Source: Eimeria praecox (Eukaryota). From it: a stretch of DNA of 64,000 bases. The position numbers and the translations under genes were made by a program. Shown here one piece after another: positions 24,327 to 36,051 of the stretch. How positions within the stretch are numbered: position 1 is the first letter of the stretch; each line of letters opens with the position of its first letter. The stretch spans positions 4,464,001 to 4,528,000 of the forward strand of contig OY986950.1 of the NCBI GenBank assembly GCA_963920595.1, given 5' to 3'. The notes under the pieces are model-generated. The model had not been told where the DNA came from. It saw only the letters and a list, made by a program, of their open reading frames with translations, and did not search any database.

Positions 24327-26483
24327 TTCCTTGGCTTGCGGATAGCAGCAGCACAACCCAAACACATTACGCTTATCAGGGCGGTGCTTCAATCTATTAA
24401 CTCTCTCTTGGGAGAGCTAGCAAGAGCAAGAGCTGCAGCAGCAGCAGCAGCAGCAAAGAGGGGTCTTCTTGGTGCTGCTGCAGATGCTGCTAGCCTCCCT
24501 CCTTTTGCTGCAGCTCCCTTAGGTACAGAAGGTGAACACAGCATTGAGCTCTTGCTGCTGTTGCTGCCTCTGGCGCTGGCGGAGCCTCCTCCTGCTGCTG
24601 CTGCTGCTGCTGGTGCTGCTGCTGGTGCTGCTGCTGCAGCACTGCAGCAGCAGCAGCAGATGCGATGTGCCCCACCTGCAGCAGGCTGGGGGCCCCCCTG
24701 TGGCTTAACTACTGATTTTACTTCAACACAAGAAAGCGATATAGACGGCAGCAGGAGACGTTGCTCCCCTGCTGCTTCATCTTATGGTGTATGGGGGGGC
24801 CCCCCCCCAACAACACAAGGTCTTGCTGGTTGGAGGAGGGGCCCCCCAACTCGACCTGTGGGGGACTGCCCCCCAGTTAGGGGCCCCCCTGCAGGAGAGG
24901 ATGTTGGTGGAATTGAAGCAGCAGATCGAGGGGGGAGTGCGGTGTCTGTACGCCTCGATTGCCTTCGCTGCATAGAAGGGCTGCTGCGTCTTAGTGGGAG
25001 AGAGCTACTCCCTTACTGGGGATTGCTGCTGCGATACAGGAGGCCCCCCTTGCTGCAGCAGAGCTCTCCAGTATATAGTGCTGCTGGCTGCCGCCTGCTG
25101 CTCAGTGTTCCCTCCTCCGCACCGACAGAGGGCCCCGGGGGCCCCCGAAAGGGGGGGGGCCCACCCCGGCGACCGCCAACAGCAGCAGCAGCAGCAGCAG
25201 CAGCTGCTGCTGCTGCTGCTGCTGCAGGAGGAGCAACAGATAAGTGGCTTCATAGGCTGCTGGGGCTTCAACGAACAGAACAGCTAGAACTACCCTGGAG
25301 CTCTCTGTTGACTTCGAATGAAAACCCCAAGGTATATCTATTAAACCCTAAACCCTAAACCCTAAACCCCATTATATTACTAAGGTGCATATCTTAAACC
25401 CTAAACCCTAAACCCCATGATATTCTATTAAACCCTAAACCCTAAACCCCATTATATTACTAAGACACATCTCGAAAACCCTAAACCTCCGAATCCTTGC
25501 AACAGATGACGTGGCGTCTGCCTAAGCGCTTTCTAGAAGTGCTCTAGGGTTTAGGGTTTGAGGTATAGGGGGGGGTAGGGTTTAGGGTTTGAGGTATAGG
25601 GGGTAGGGTTTAGGGTTTGAGGTATGGGGGGTAGGGTTTAGGGTTTGAGGTATAAGGGGGGGTAGGGTTTAGGGTTTGAGGTATGGGGGGGGGTAGGGTT
25701 TAGGGTTTGAGGTATGGGGGGTAGCGTTTAGGGTTTGAGGTATAGGGGAGGGTAGGGTTTAGGGTTTGAGGTATAGGGGGTAGGGTTTAGGGTTTGAGGT
25801 ATAGGGGGTAGGATATAGGGTTTGAGGTATAGGGGTTAGGGTTTAGGGTTTGAGGTATAGGGGGGGGTATTGTTTAGGGTTTGAGGTATAGGGGTTAGGG
25901 TTTAGGGTTTTGTGTAATGTGGTTGTTTTCAGGTATGTAAGACAGCGGTAAGCTGTGCATGCGCTCTCCTCGAGTCTCCTCCTCTAAGACAGTGGCCAGC
26001 CCCATCCTCTTACTGTGTTTTATGTGGGCCTGATCCTGTGTTGATAGATAGAGAGCGGTGGGGTTGTATATCTGAGGTGTTAGGTTTTAAATATATAATA
26101 GATAATAGAGGAGATATAGGAGGAGCTTCACGCAGCCACACCTCAAGATGTACTGCTTCTATGGGGAGACAACAGATAGCTAGAGGCCTTGGGGCCTTCA
26201 CCTCCCTCTCTGATACAGTGCGACAGGTCTGTCGATGCGCCTTAGCTTCTCTCCTGGGGGTTGTACGATGGGGGTATATAGGAACATCTACCTCTACAAG
26301 AGACAGAGACAGGGGAGAGATTACATCTACAGCAACAGAAGAAACAAACACAGCAGCATTATCGAAGCAGGAGACACCAACAACTTCGGCTGCAGCTCCT
26401 ACTCAATCTGCTGCTACTGCAGCTACAGCAGCAGAAGATGAGGTGCTGCAGCAGCAGAACCCAACCAACAACAACAACAACAG

Positions 26484-26515
<32 letters not shown>

Positions 26516-26845
26516 CATACACCTCAGGACAGCCTGAGAGGAATAGCATACAATCGCAGGCTCAAACAGCCCTAAGGGGCCTAGCAGATATACTACCAGC
26601 GCTTCCTGCGGGTCTCTTGGAGCCAGGCATATCAGCTGCAGCCCTTCGTCTTGCTCATCCTATGGTGCTGCTGCTTGTAGAGACACTCGATATGCAGCTG
26701 CAGCAACAGCAGCAGCTGCTGCAACAACAGCCGCAGCAACAGCAGCTGCCCTGCTGCTTCTGTTTGAACAAGAAGGAGGCCGAATCTATGGGCCCTGACA
26801 ACACGGCTTTGGCTTCATCTGCTGCCATCGTTGCGCAGCGCAGCC

Positions 26846-26884
<39 letters not shown>

Positions 26885-27761
26885 AAAGAGCAGCAGCAGC
26901 AGCAGCAGCAGCAAATGCTGCTACTGGTGGCGTTGTTAGTCTATCATCTCAACAGTCATATAAACGAGTAGGCTCCGGTTCTTTCACAGCCCCAGCCCCG
27001 ACGCATGCAATTCAAGATCCCAAGACACCTCAGCGTGCATGCGATGTTTCAGAGGGTTTCGAGTTGTTTACTAGACAGGTGGTGTCTAGAGGGCCCTCAG
27101 TTCTAAGATTGATGTCCCCTACTCTATCTATGATTGCTGCTATTGTGGGATCCAAAGAAAGACAGCCCCAAATTGCTGAGGCATTACTTGCACCCTTACA
27201 ATCGCATGCATGCATTGCGGGGCCCTCTTGTTTAATATGGCTTCTCTGTCGTGCTCTGCATGCGTTGCTATCCCTCCGCTTCAACATTGCTGTTTGGAGA
27301 GAGCCCCATATGCAGGGGAGAGATTTCGTTATGACTACAAGCCCCAAGATAGATACGACACAGAGAAACAGCTGCAACGGGGGCCCCCTGCTATCAGAGG
27401 AGGGCATGCAGGAGGGCCCCACGCCCTCTGTGCGCTGTATGTGTGATGCAGCAGCATGTAGCGGCTGGACAGCAGCAGCAACAGCAGCCACAGCCACAGC
27501 CACAGCAACAACAACAGCAACAGCAGCCACAGCCACAGCCACAGCAACAACAACAGCAACAGCAGCAGCAACAGCAACAGCAGCAACAGCAGCAGCAGCA
27601 GCTGCAGCAGGGGGGGGGGATGGAGGGAAGGGGGTCTGCGGCAGCTGCGAACGACAGGGACAGGCTCTCTTTGGGGGACTGTTTGCTGCGCTGCAGGCTA
27701 GCAGCCGTCAATACCCCAGAGTGCTGCTGCTGCTGTTGATGAAAGGAGATAATGAAGGGCC

Positions 27762-27800
<39 letters not shown>

Positions 27801-28775
27801 TTCGGGTGTCTGTCTGCTTGGAGACACTGAGGGCCCTTTCCTTGGGGTCCTTCGTTTGCTGTTAGCTGCACCCTGTCTCCCCCTCCGTTGCAAGGGAGAA
27901 CAGCTGGCCCTTGATGTCTTATCGTCAGCAGCAGCTCATGGAGATTGTTCTACAGACTCGCAGTCTAGAGGGGCTGTATCTTTAAGGGGCCCCAGGGCCC
28001 CCGAAGAGACACACCCTCAAAGCCTCTCCCCTCTCAACAAACCCCGCGATAAACTTGTTCTGCTGCTGCAGTCGCACCTTATCAAGCCCCTGCTGGAGAG
28101 AAGAAACCTAAATACAGTCGCGGTGGCGCCTGATCTGCAGCAGCAACAACAGCAGCAACAACAACAGCAGCAGCAGCAGCAACAACAACTGCAGGAGCAG
28201 CAGCAGCAGCAACAACAGCAGAAGCAGCAGCAGCAACAACAGCAGGAGCAGCAGCAGCAACAACAGCAGGAGCAGCAGCAGCAAGAGCAGCAGGAGCAGG
28301 AGCAGCAGCTGCGCGATCAGCAGGAGCAGCCGCAACAGGAGCAGCAACAGCAGCCGCAGGAGCAGCAGGAGCAGCAACAGGAGCAGCAGGAGCAGCAGCA
28401 GGAGCAGCAGCAGGAGCAGGAGCAGCAGCAGCAGCAGGAGCAGCAGCAGCAGCAGGAGCAGCAGCAGCAGGAGCCAAACGAGCACCCCGAGACGTTGGTG
28501 AATGCATGCGTCTTCTTGTGTCGATTAACATCAGAGGAGTGGCGGAGGTTGTGTCTCTTGAGGGTTGAGGTGCTGAGGGTATTGGGGGGCCTCGTAGCAC
28601 AAGGGGGGCCCCGCAGCGTGCGAATTGCTGCTGCAACAGCATTGGGGGAGTTTGCTGCACAGACACAGGGGCTGCTGCAGCAGCTGCAGCAGCAGCAGCT
28701 GCAGCAGCAGCAGCTGCAGCAGCAGCAGCTGCAGCAGCAGCAGCTGCAGCAGCAGCAGCTGCAGCAGCAGCAGCT

Positions 28776-28809
<34 letters not shown>

Positions 28810-29079
28810 GCAGCTCCTGCAGTGGATAGAGAAGAAGCAGCAGACAAGGCAGCAAATACAACACAAGATACAACACCACCACAGCAGCAGCAGCAGCTAG
28901 ATGAGGCCGAATCTCTCTTCATAGAAGCCATACAACTTCTGCTGCTGCAGCTCGATGACGCGCTCCATGACGTACGCGCTGCAGCGCTTGGTGCCTTGTG
29001 CGAGGCAGCTGGGGCCGTGCAGCAGCAGCAGCAACAGCAGCAGCAGCAACAGCAGCAGCAGCAACAGCAGCAGCAGCAA

Positions 29080-29111
<32 letters not shown>

Positions 29112-29238
29112 GCAGCAAGAGCAAGAGGAAGAGAAACTGCAGCAGCAGCAGCGGGGGGAGCCGAGCTGCTGCGCACGAATAGCAGGAGGGAGTATGTGGG
29201 TGAGGGTTCTAAAGGGCGTCAACGATATGCTGGAACAG

Positions 29239-29279
<41 letters not shown>

Positions 29280-29931
29280 GCAGACGAACAGTTCAGCAGC
29301 AACAGCTGTGGGGCTGCGAGCCATCGGTGCAGTAGCTCCCCTTGTGCTGCAGCTGTCTGTACAGGATACGATCGATCCCCTCCTATTCAGAGGAGGGGTA
29401 TGTGGGGTTTATAATACTGAGGCTACGGCTACTCATAGAAATATAGAGAAGAGAGAAGGAGGCTGCCGGCAGCATTTCTATGAGATACTACGTTCTATGA
29501 AGATGGTGGCTTCTGTGCTGCTGTCTGCAGCAAGAGACAAACCTGAAACAGCAGCAGAACAGCAGATACTACACGGCAGGGGGAAGCTCGAGATATGCAG
29601 CAAGAGAGACGATAGCAGCCCCTTCTCTAGGGGAGGGGTTATGCATGCAGACACAGGAAGAGAACCACGGCAGCCCCAGTCTCCTCCTCCTCCTGCTGCT
29701 GCACCTGCTGCTGCTGCACCTGCTGCTGCACCTGCTGCTGCTGCTGCTGCTGCAGGTGTGGGGCTTAAACAGCTGAAGCTGCAATGGAATGCATGCAATA
29801 GTATTCGTCTTCTTTTCTCTGCGCATGCAGCTTCATCCCTTATCACTACAAATTGGAGAAAGTGAGAACATAATTAATTATAAACTTATTTATAAATATA
29901 TATTTTAATGCAGAATTCTTAGGCTATAAAA

Positions 29932-30026
<95 letters not shown>

Positions 30027-31135
30027 TGCATATACACTGGCTCCTTCTTCGTCGTCTCCGTATACGTATTTCTTCTGTATATCTGGCTGTCAGGAGCAGT
30101 GCTCGCATCTTCAAGACGCATGCATTTGCTGCTGCATACACTTGCTGCTGCTGCTGCTGCATACACTTGCTGCTGCTGCTGCTGCATGCACTCGCTGCTG
30201 CTGCTGCTGCTGCTGCATGCACTTGCTGCTGCTGCTGCTGCATGCACTTGCTGTTGCTGCTGCTGCATGCACTTGCTGCTGCTGCTGCTGCTGCTGCATG
30301 CATGTGCTGCTGTTGTACAGGTTTTTCTTGCCTGTTTGGCGGGGGGTGTGTCTCTGCTTGAGGGCCTCTCACCTTACTAAGGCTCGCAGCCACGCAGCAG
30401 CTGCTTTAGAGGCGATGATAGAGGTATTAGGGGCCCCATCAACGAAGACATATCAATCCCATACAACTTCTTCTCTTAACCCTCAACAGCTGTGCTGTGT
30501 CTACTGTGTTGCTCTCTTACTGACAGCAGCATGGGAGGCACTAGCTGCTGCAGCAACAGATACAGACACGAAGGGCCCTCTACACAGCGGTATGCATATA
30601 TTCTCTCTCTCTCTTTTATTTTTATTTTTATATTCTCTCTCTCTTTTATTTTTATTTTTATATTCTCTCTCTTTTATTTTTAATGTTTCAGTGATAAGTG
30701 CGACTAAGCATTCGATTGCTTACCCTCAGCAACAGCAGCAGCTGCAGCAGCAGCAGCAGCTGCAGCAGCAGCAGCAGCTGCAGCAGCAGCAGCAGCTGCA
30801 GCAGCAGCAGCAGCAGCAGGAATGAGGGGGGATATTAGGATACGGTGATGGTGGGGGATAGGCTGTGTGTGTGTGTGTTGACTGTACAGAGGAGCGCTGG
30901 CGTGTAGGCCGTGGCGCCCCGCCACCTAAGCGTCAGGAATGTCTGCGGTCTCAACTACAAAATATAATGCAAGGCACACTGCTGCAGCTTACAGACGAAA
31001 TCCTAGCAGCTTCTAATCTTAAACTTCCTCCTATTTCGAACACACTACATCCTGTTGATCCTCAACAACCGAGCCCGCCTTCGGGGCCCCCAGCAAGCCA
31101 AAAGGCAGTGTGGAAACGTAGCTGCAGCAGCTGCA

Positions 31136-31167
<32 letters not shown>

Positions 31168-31299
31168 TGCAGCAGCAGCAGCAGCAGCAGTAACGGCTCC
31201 GAGTGGGGGGAGGCCCTTAGACAGGCGGCAGTGGCAGCAATGCAGGGTGGGGGGTTGCTGCAATCTCCTCATCTGCAGGACAAAGACGTCTCGATATAG
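23433..31299 (+). CDS. Large HEAT/ARM-repeat protein, HEATR6 (DUF4042)-like, 4 exons, ~2170 aa, rich in homopolymeric repeats
   Basis: Exons 23433-25331, 25933-29861, 30321-30589, 30890-31299 join in frame. Motifs VRLDCLRCIE..LLPYWGLLL, GAFTSLSDTV, VRAAALGAL, KLQWNACNSIRLLF and KARSHAAAAL resemble conserved HEATR6 blocks (family call by eye). Further introns within the long exons cannot be excluded. Confidence 0.65.
25343..25909. repeat. Intronic telomere-like repeats: (AAACCCT)n clusters, then ~12 copies of a ~30-bp TAGGGTTTAGGGTTTGAGGTATG(n) unit
   Basis: C-strand heptamers at 25343-25485 and a G-strand composite minisatellite at 25546-25909, all inside intron 25332-25932. Confidence 0.92.
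30023..30302. repeat. Intronic cluster of TGCATGCA octamers embedded in (CTG)n
   Basis: Perfect TGCATGCA at 30023, 30183, 30214, 30239, 30264 and 30295, plus TGCATACA variants, separated by CTG runs. Confidence 0.85.
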
Positions 31300-31594
31300 T
31301 TTTGTTTTAATTGCATGCATGTAGTACTATATAGATATTAGGGGGGATATCAACATAAAACTGCCACGGACCCGCTGTTATGGGGGTTGTGAGCTAGCTA
31401 GCTGATGGCTAGCTGTGGCTAGCTGTTGAGGGGGCTACCTTCTGATGAGCAGCAGGCCTCCTATTCAACGTCTAGTACTTAACACAAGAATGTAGTCAGG
31501 CTTTAAATGGGGTTCTTGTAGGGTTTAGTATATTGAGTTAGGTTAGGGTTTATACGTATCTAAACCAAACTGAGGAGTCTGTATAATCTGCTCC

Positions 31595-31673
31595 CTTCCC
31601 TATCCATATATACCTGTCGTTATTTATTTATGCTTCCCTATCCATATATACCTGTCGTTATTTATTTATGCTT
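31595..31673. repeat. 38-bp direct tandem duplication
   Basis: cttccctatccatatatacctgtcgttatttatttatg present twice in tandem. Confidence 0.9.
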
Positions 31674-32029
31674 GCTACGCGTAGCCAGTAACAGAGGCAT
31701 TCTACAGGAATGATAGGCTTCAAGCATACAATGTAAGTATGTCAGTAAGGGCTGAAGCTGTTTGGAGATGATGAGGGGATCTGTCTGTCAGCTTATGTAG
31801 ATAAACGAGGTTGGGTTGATAGAAAGGGAGGCGTAACATACAAATTAGGAGAGTGTAAAAAGTGTTAAAGAAACATACATATATATTAAAAGATATTAAA
31901 TAATATAATTTTATTTAATATCTTTAAATATTAATTTATTTATATTTATATAAATAATTAATATTTATAATAATAATAAAATATATTTTATTATATATAT
32001 TAAAAAAATAAATAAATAAACAAATAAAC

Positions 32030-32101
32030 TGTCCGAACCAGGAATCGAACCTGGGTTTACACGGCCACAACGTGTTGTCCTAACCTCTAGACGATTCGGA
32101 C
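32030..32101 (-). tRNA. tRNA-His (GTG)
   Basis: GTCCGAATCGTCTAGAGGTTAGGACAACACGTTGTGGCCGTGTAAACCCAGGTTCGATTCCTGGTTCGGACA. 7-bp acceptor stem, anticodon stem ACACG/CGTGT with GTG, GGTTCGATTCC B box, and a downstream T7 (32002-32008). Confidence 0.97.
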
Positions 32102-33008
32102 CAACAGACAACCTCCTTCACTGAGTGTTTAGAATATTTGTATGATATAATAAATATTTTCTGCTGTCATTTAACTTACCAAGAAGTTAATAAAATATAA
32201 TTTAATATATATAAATATATAATATTTAGATATTATTTGTAGATATTGCTCCTATTACCCCTCTCCTTTCCTCGCTTCTACCTGCTTTCGATTTTGGGGG
32301 GCCCCCAATGCTTACATATGTCTCATGCAATAAACCTAAGAAGGTTGATATTCTTTAATTTTCTATTCATCATAACACCTTAATACTTATTTTTCTATCA
32401 CTTAATCTCTACCAAAGACGCTACAACGTTCCCAACTGTACAAGTGACCCTGCACCAGGGAGGGGCGTTCCTTCCCTAGCAGTCTGCTCTGCCCTCTATA
32501 GTAGTACCCTTCGGCCAGTACGGGGGCCCCCTAAGTGTAAGTTTCGTACATAACACTCTACTTCTCCCTCTCTAGGGTTTGTTTAAGTGCTGAAGACAGC
32601 TGTAGACAACTAAGTTAATAGGCCATTAAGTATACAACTCAAACGGGCGCCCCATACGCCCCCTATGTTCGATACCACCACAGCAACAAAAGCATCTGCT
32701 TCTGCTGGGAATAGAACACTGCACGCTACCATTCACTGCAGTACAGTGTACGTACACCGCAGCCTCTGTCCTATAGGCCAACGCAAGGCTGCTGCAGGGC
32801 TGTTGATTATCGGTCTATATCTATAATATAATACAAACCGCTAGCCCTGCTGCTACAGTAAGGCTTGATAGACAGCTGCTCAGATACTAGAGCTACACCG
32901 AAGCCTCATCAGATGCAGCAAGAGGGGGTATGAAGAGGAGTTTAATCCCCCTCACCTCATTTTATTATCCCCTCATAGCCACACACTATATCTTTCTCAA
33001 GTTATAAA

Positions 33009-33054
<46 letters not shown>

Positions 33055-33103
33055 ATTTTTTATTTTATATTCGATATGAGGTATACAACGCATGCATATT
33101 GGG

Positions 33104-33140
<37 letters not shown>

Positions 33141-33168
33141 TGTTATTTATTTATTTGAAGCACTTGAA

Positions 33169-33388
33169 TTAGAGAAATATACGCTGATAGGGCTTGCTAC
33201 CTTTAAGAACTACCCTACATACAGGGCACTGCCGTCTCGTCCTTAGGGCCGCTAGAATACAGGCTTTGCAGAACACATGCCCGCATCGTAGCGCTACTAC
33301 ATGATCGCTATCTGTTTGGGGTCGAGCTACACCCAATGGGGGAGGCCCCCCCCCTCCTAATCCTATAGACCCTCGAGACTGCAGCAAT

Positions 33389-33447
<59 letters not shown>

Positions 33448-33619
33448 TTGAGGAGGTGGAGGCTGCTGAGGAGGTGTTGTCTGTTCCCCTGCAGCATTGG
33501 AGGAGGGTCTTTGCTGTGTTGTATCTATCCCCGTATCTTCACTGTTGTTTATTTGGTTTTGGTGTTGTGTTGTTTTATGATTGTTGCTCTCACTATCTCC
33601 TCCTCCCTGTTGCTGCAGC

Positions 33620-33654
<35 letters not shown>

Positions 33655-34185
33655 TCTATATCTTTTAAGACATATAGGACATCGAGGAAGAGCAGCACTA
33701 CTCTCTGTCTCTTCTTCTTCTTCTCTTTCTTCTACAACGAACGATGGCCTGTTGTATGACAGCAGGGGGGGGGGCCCCCCCCCATACTGCTGTAGCCCCA
33801 GGGGCCCCCTCCATAGATAGTTAGGGGCTGTAGGAGCAGCATGATGACAGCGTAATTCTACTACATCATCATCATCTGAATCGAGTACAACAGCTGCTTG
33901 AGCTGCTGTTGTTGCTGCTGCTGCTGCTGCTGTTGCTGTTGCTGCTGCTGTTGCTGTAGAAGAAGAAGAACTAGTAGATATAGATACAGGACCAGAGAAA
34001 GCTAGAGAAGCCTCCGAAGCGTCTCCCCCTGCGGTGTCTGTCGAGCTCCCCTCTAAACAAATATTATCTGTGCCTACATACAAAACAGATTCATTATCTG
34101 CTGCGTCTGAGTCTGCAGCTTCGGAGCCGCTTAGATCTATCACCTCGTTAATTGCCTCTGTCACCAACACACTGTCCCCAATAAA

Positions 34186-34225
<40 letters not shown>

Positions 34226-34300
34226 GTGCTGTTGTTGCTGTTGTTGATGCTGTTGCTGATACGGAGGCTGCTGCTGCTGCTACTACTACTACTACTTATA

Positions 34301-34331
<31 letters not shown>

Positions 34332-34465
34332 TGCTCTCCGCAGTGCTTCTTTCTGCGTCGCTAGACCCGCCTTCTACACAATCTACAGCAGCAACAGGCT
34401 GCCTGTGGTTGCTGTTTGCTGCATCGCCTGCTGCCCCGCTGCTGTCGCTGCTGTCGCTGCTGTCC

Positions 34466-34504
<39 letters not shown>

Positions 34505-35559
34505 GAAGGCAGTGCTTTCTCTGGCGAGGCAGTGGCTGACGCTCCCGTTGCTGTATCTGCTGCTGCTGCTGCTGCTGCAGCAGCAGCAGCAGCTTCTGCT
34601 GTATCAGCTGCTGCTGCTGCGTCTGCTGCTGCTGCTGCTTCTGCTGCATCAGCTGCTGCTGCGTCTGCTGTGGCGTCCGTGCTGCTGCTGTTGCTGCTGC
34701 TGCTGCCCTCATCTTCTCCCTCTAAGAATTTGTCTGCAGCCTCAGACTTCATAGGAACGAAGGGCTCTGCTGCAGCTGCTGCTGCAGCTGCTGCTGTCGC
34801 TGCTGCTGTCGCTGCTGCTGCATCTGCTGCTGCAGCTGCTGCTGTCGCTGCTGCTGCATCTGCTGCAGCAGCTGCAGCCACAGCTCGTCTCTCCTCTCCT
34901 GCATCGAATCCTACAGAACCTTCCCCTCTATCGTTAGCAGCAGCTGCTGCTACGACAGCAGCAGCTTCTGCTGCTGTCACCGTATCCTCATGTCCCCAAC
35001 TACGTGCAACCTTGGGGCCCCCTTCTACCCCCTGAGTGTGCCCTGCGGGGCCCCCCTGTGGGTTTGATACTGCTGGGGGGGCCCCTAGGGGCCCCCTTAC
35101 CTCAGGTGTATCTGAGGGTCCTTCTGAAGAGCTGCTGCCATCACCACCAACAGGGGCCCCCCTTTGGGGGCCCCACATATGGGGCGCCATTGGGGGGCCC
35201 CCTACGGGGCCCTCGCTGCTGCTGCTGCTGAGGGTACAGGGGGCCCCTGAGGTTCTATCAACACAAATGTTGCTTGTTATAATATCGCTGTCACCGCCAG
35301 ATCCAAAGAAGACACCCAAATGAAGGCCTCCAAAATTTGGCTGCTGCGGTGCTGCAGCAGCAGCAGCAGCAACGTCTGTTGCAGCAGCTGCTGCTGCAGG
35401 CGGTAGTTCTGCTGCTGCTGCTGCTGCTGCTGCTGCAGGCGGTGCTGCTGCTGCTGCAGCACCTCCTGCAGCAGAGCATGCAGCAGCAGAAGGCCAAGCA
35501 GACAAATTACTTGCTGAGCTGCCTCCATCCATTCCTGCTGCTTCAGTTATCACCTCCTG

Positions 35560-35625
<66 letters not shown>

Positions 35626-36051
35626 TTGTCTCGCTGCCTGGCCATCGCTAGGCTGGCAGTTTGCTGCTGCAGCAGCTGCAGCAGCTGCAGCAGCGTGAGG
35701 AGACTGCTTCGTGCTGCTGTCTTCAGCAGCAATTGCTGCTGCTCCTGCTGCAGCCTCATCTGTCTCCTCCTCTATCTTCTCTTTACGCTCAACCTGAGCA
35801 AATCTGCTCAGTCGCAGCTTCTTCTTCTTCTGCTCTCCCGTGTCCTCAGCAGCTGCAGCAGCAGCAGCAGCAGCAGCAGCTGCTGCTGCTGCTGCTGCTG
35901 TTGCTGCTGCTGCGGGGGAGAGTGCGGCTGGAGAAGCAGCAGACAGGGAGAGGGAGGGCTCTGCTGCACAGGAGGAAAGAGGGGTCTGCTGCTCTTTATC
36001 TATGGCTGCAGCATTCGCTGGTGCTGCTGCTGCTGCTGCTGCCCTCTCCAT
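33169..36051 (-). CDS. C3HC4 RING E3 ubiquitin ligase with SUMO-interacting motifs (RNF4/STUbL-like), 960 aa
   Basis: Single long ORF with repeats in Ala/Gln/Ser frames. C-terminal CPIC..[128 aa]..CGHVFCKACI..QCPVCR..PYQRIFL-stop. SIM-like EVIDLS, SVLYVG and VVLDSDDDDVVEL. Confidence 0.82.

Noticed and set aside
25343..25909. Telomere-telomere fusion scar or true chromosome end
   Set aside because: The orientation is CCCTAAA then TTTAGGG (opposite to a fusion), the repeats are degenerate, and they lie inside an intron of an intact gene.
28082..29324. Antisense poly-Cys/poly-Leu/poly-Ala ORFs (and the many similar ORFs across the window, including YIYIYI ORFs)
   Set aside because: Stop-free shadows of CAG/CTG and TA microsatellites overlapping real genes or introns; not metallothioneins or membrane proteins.
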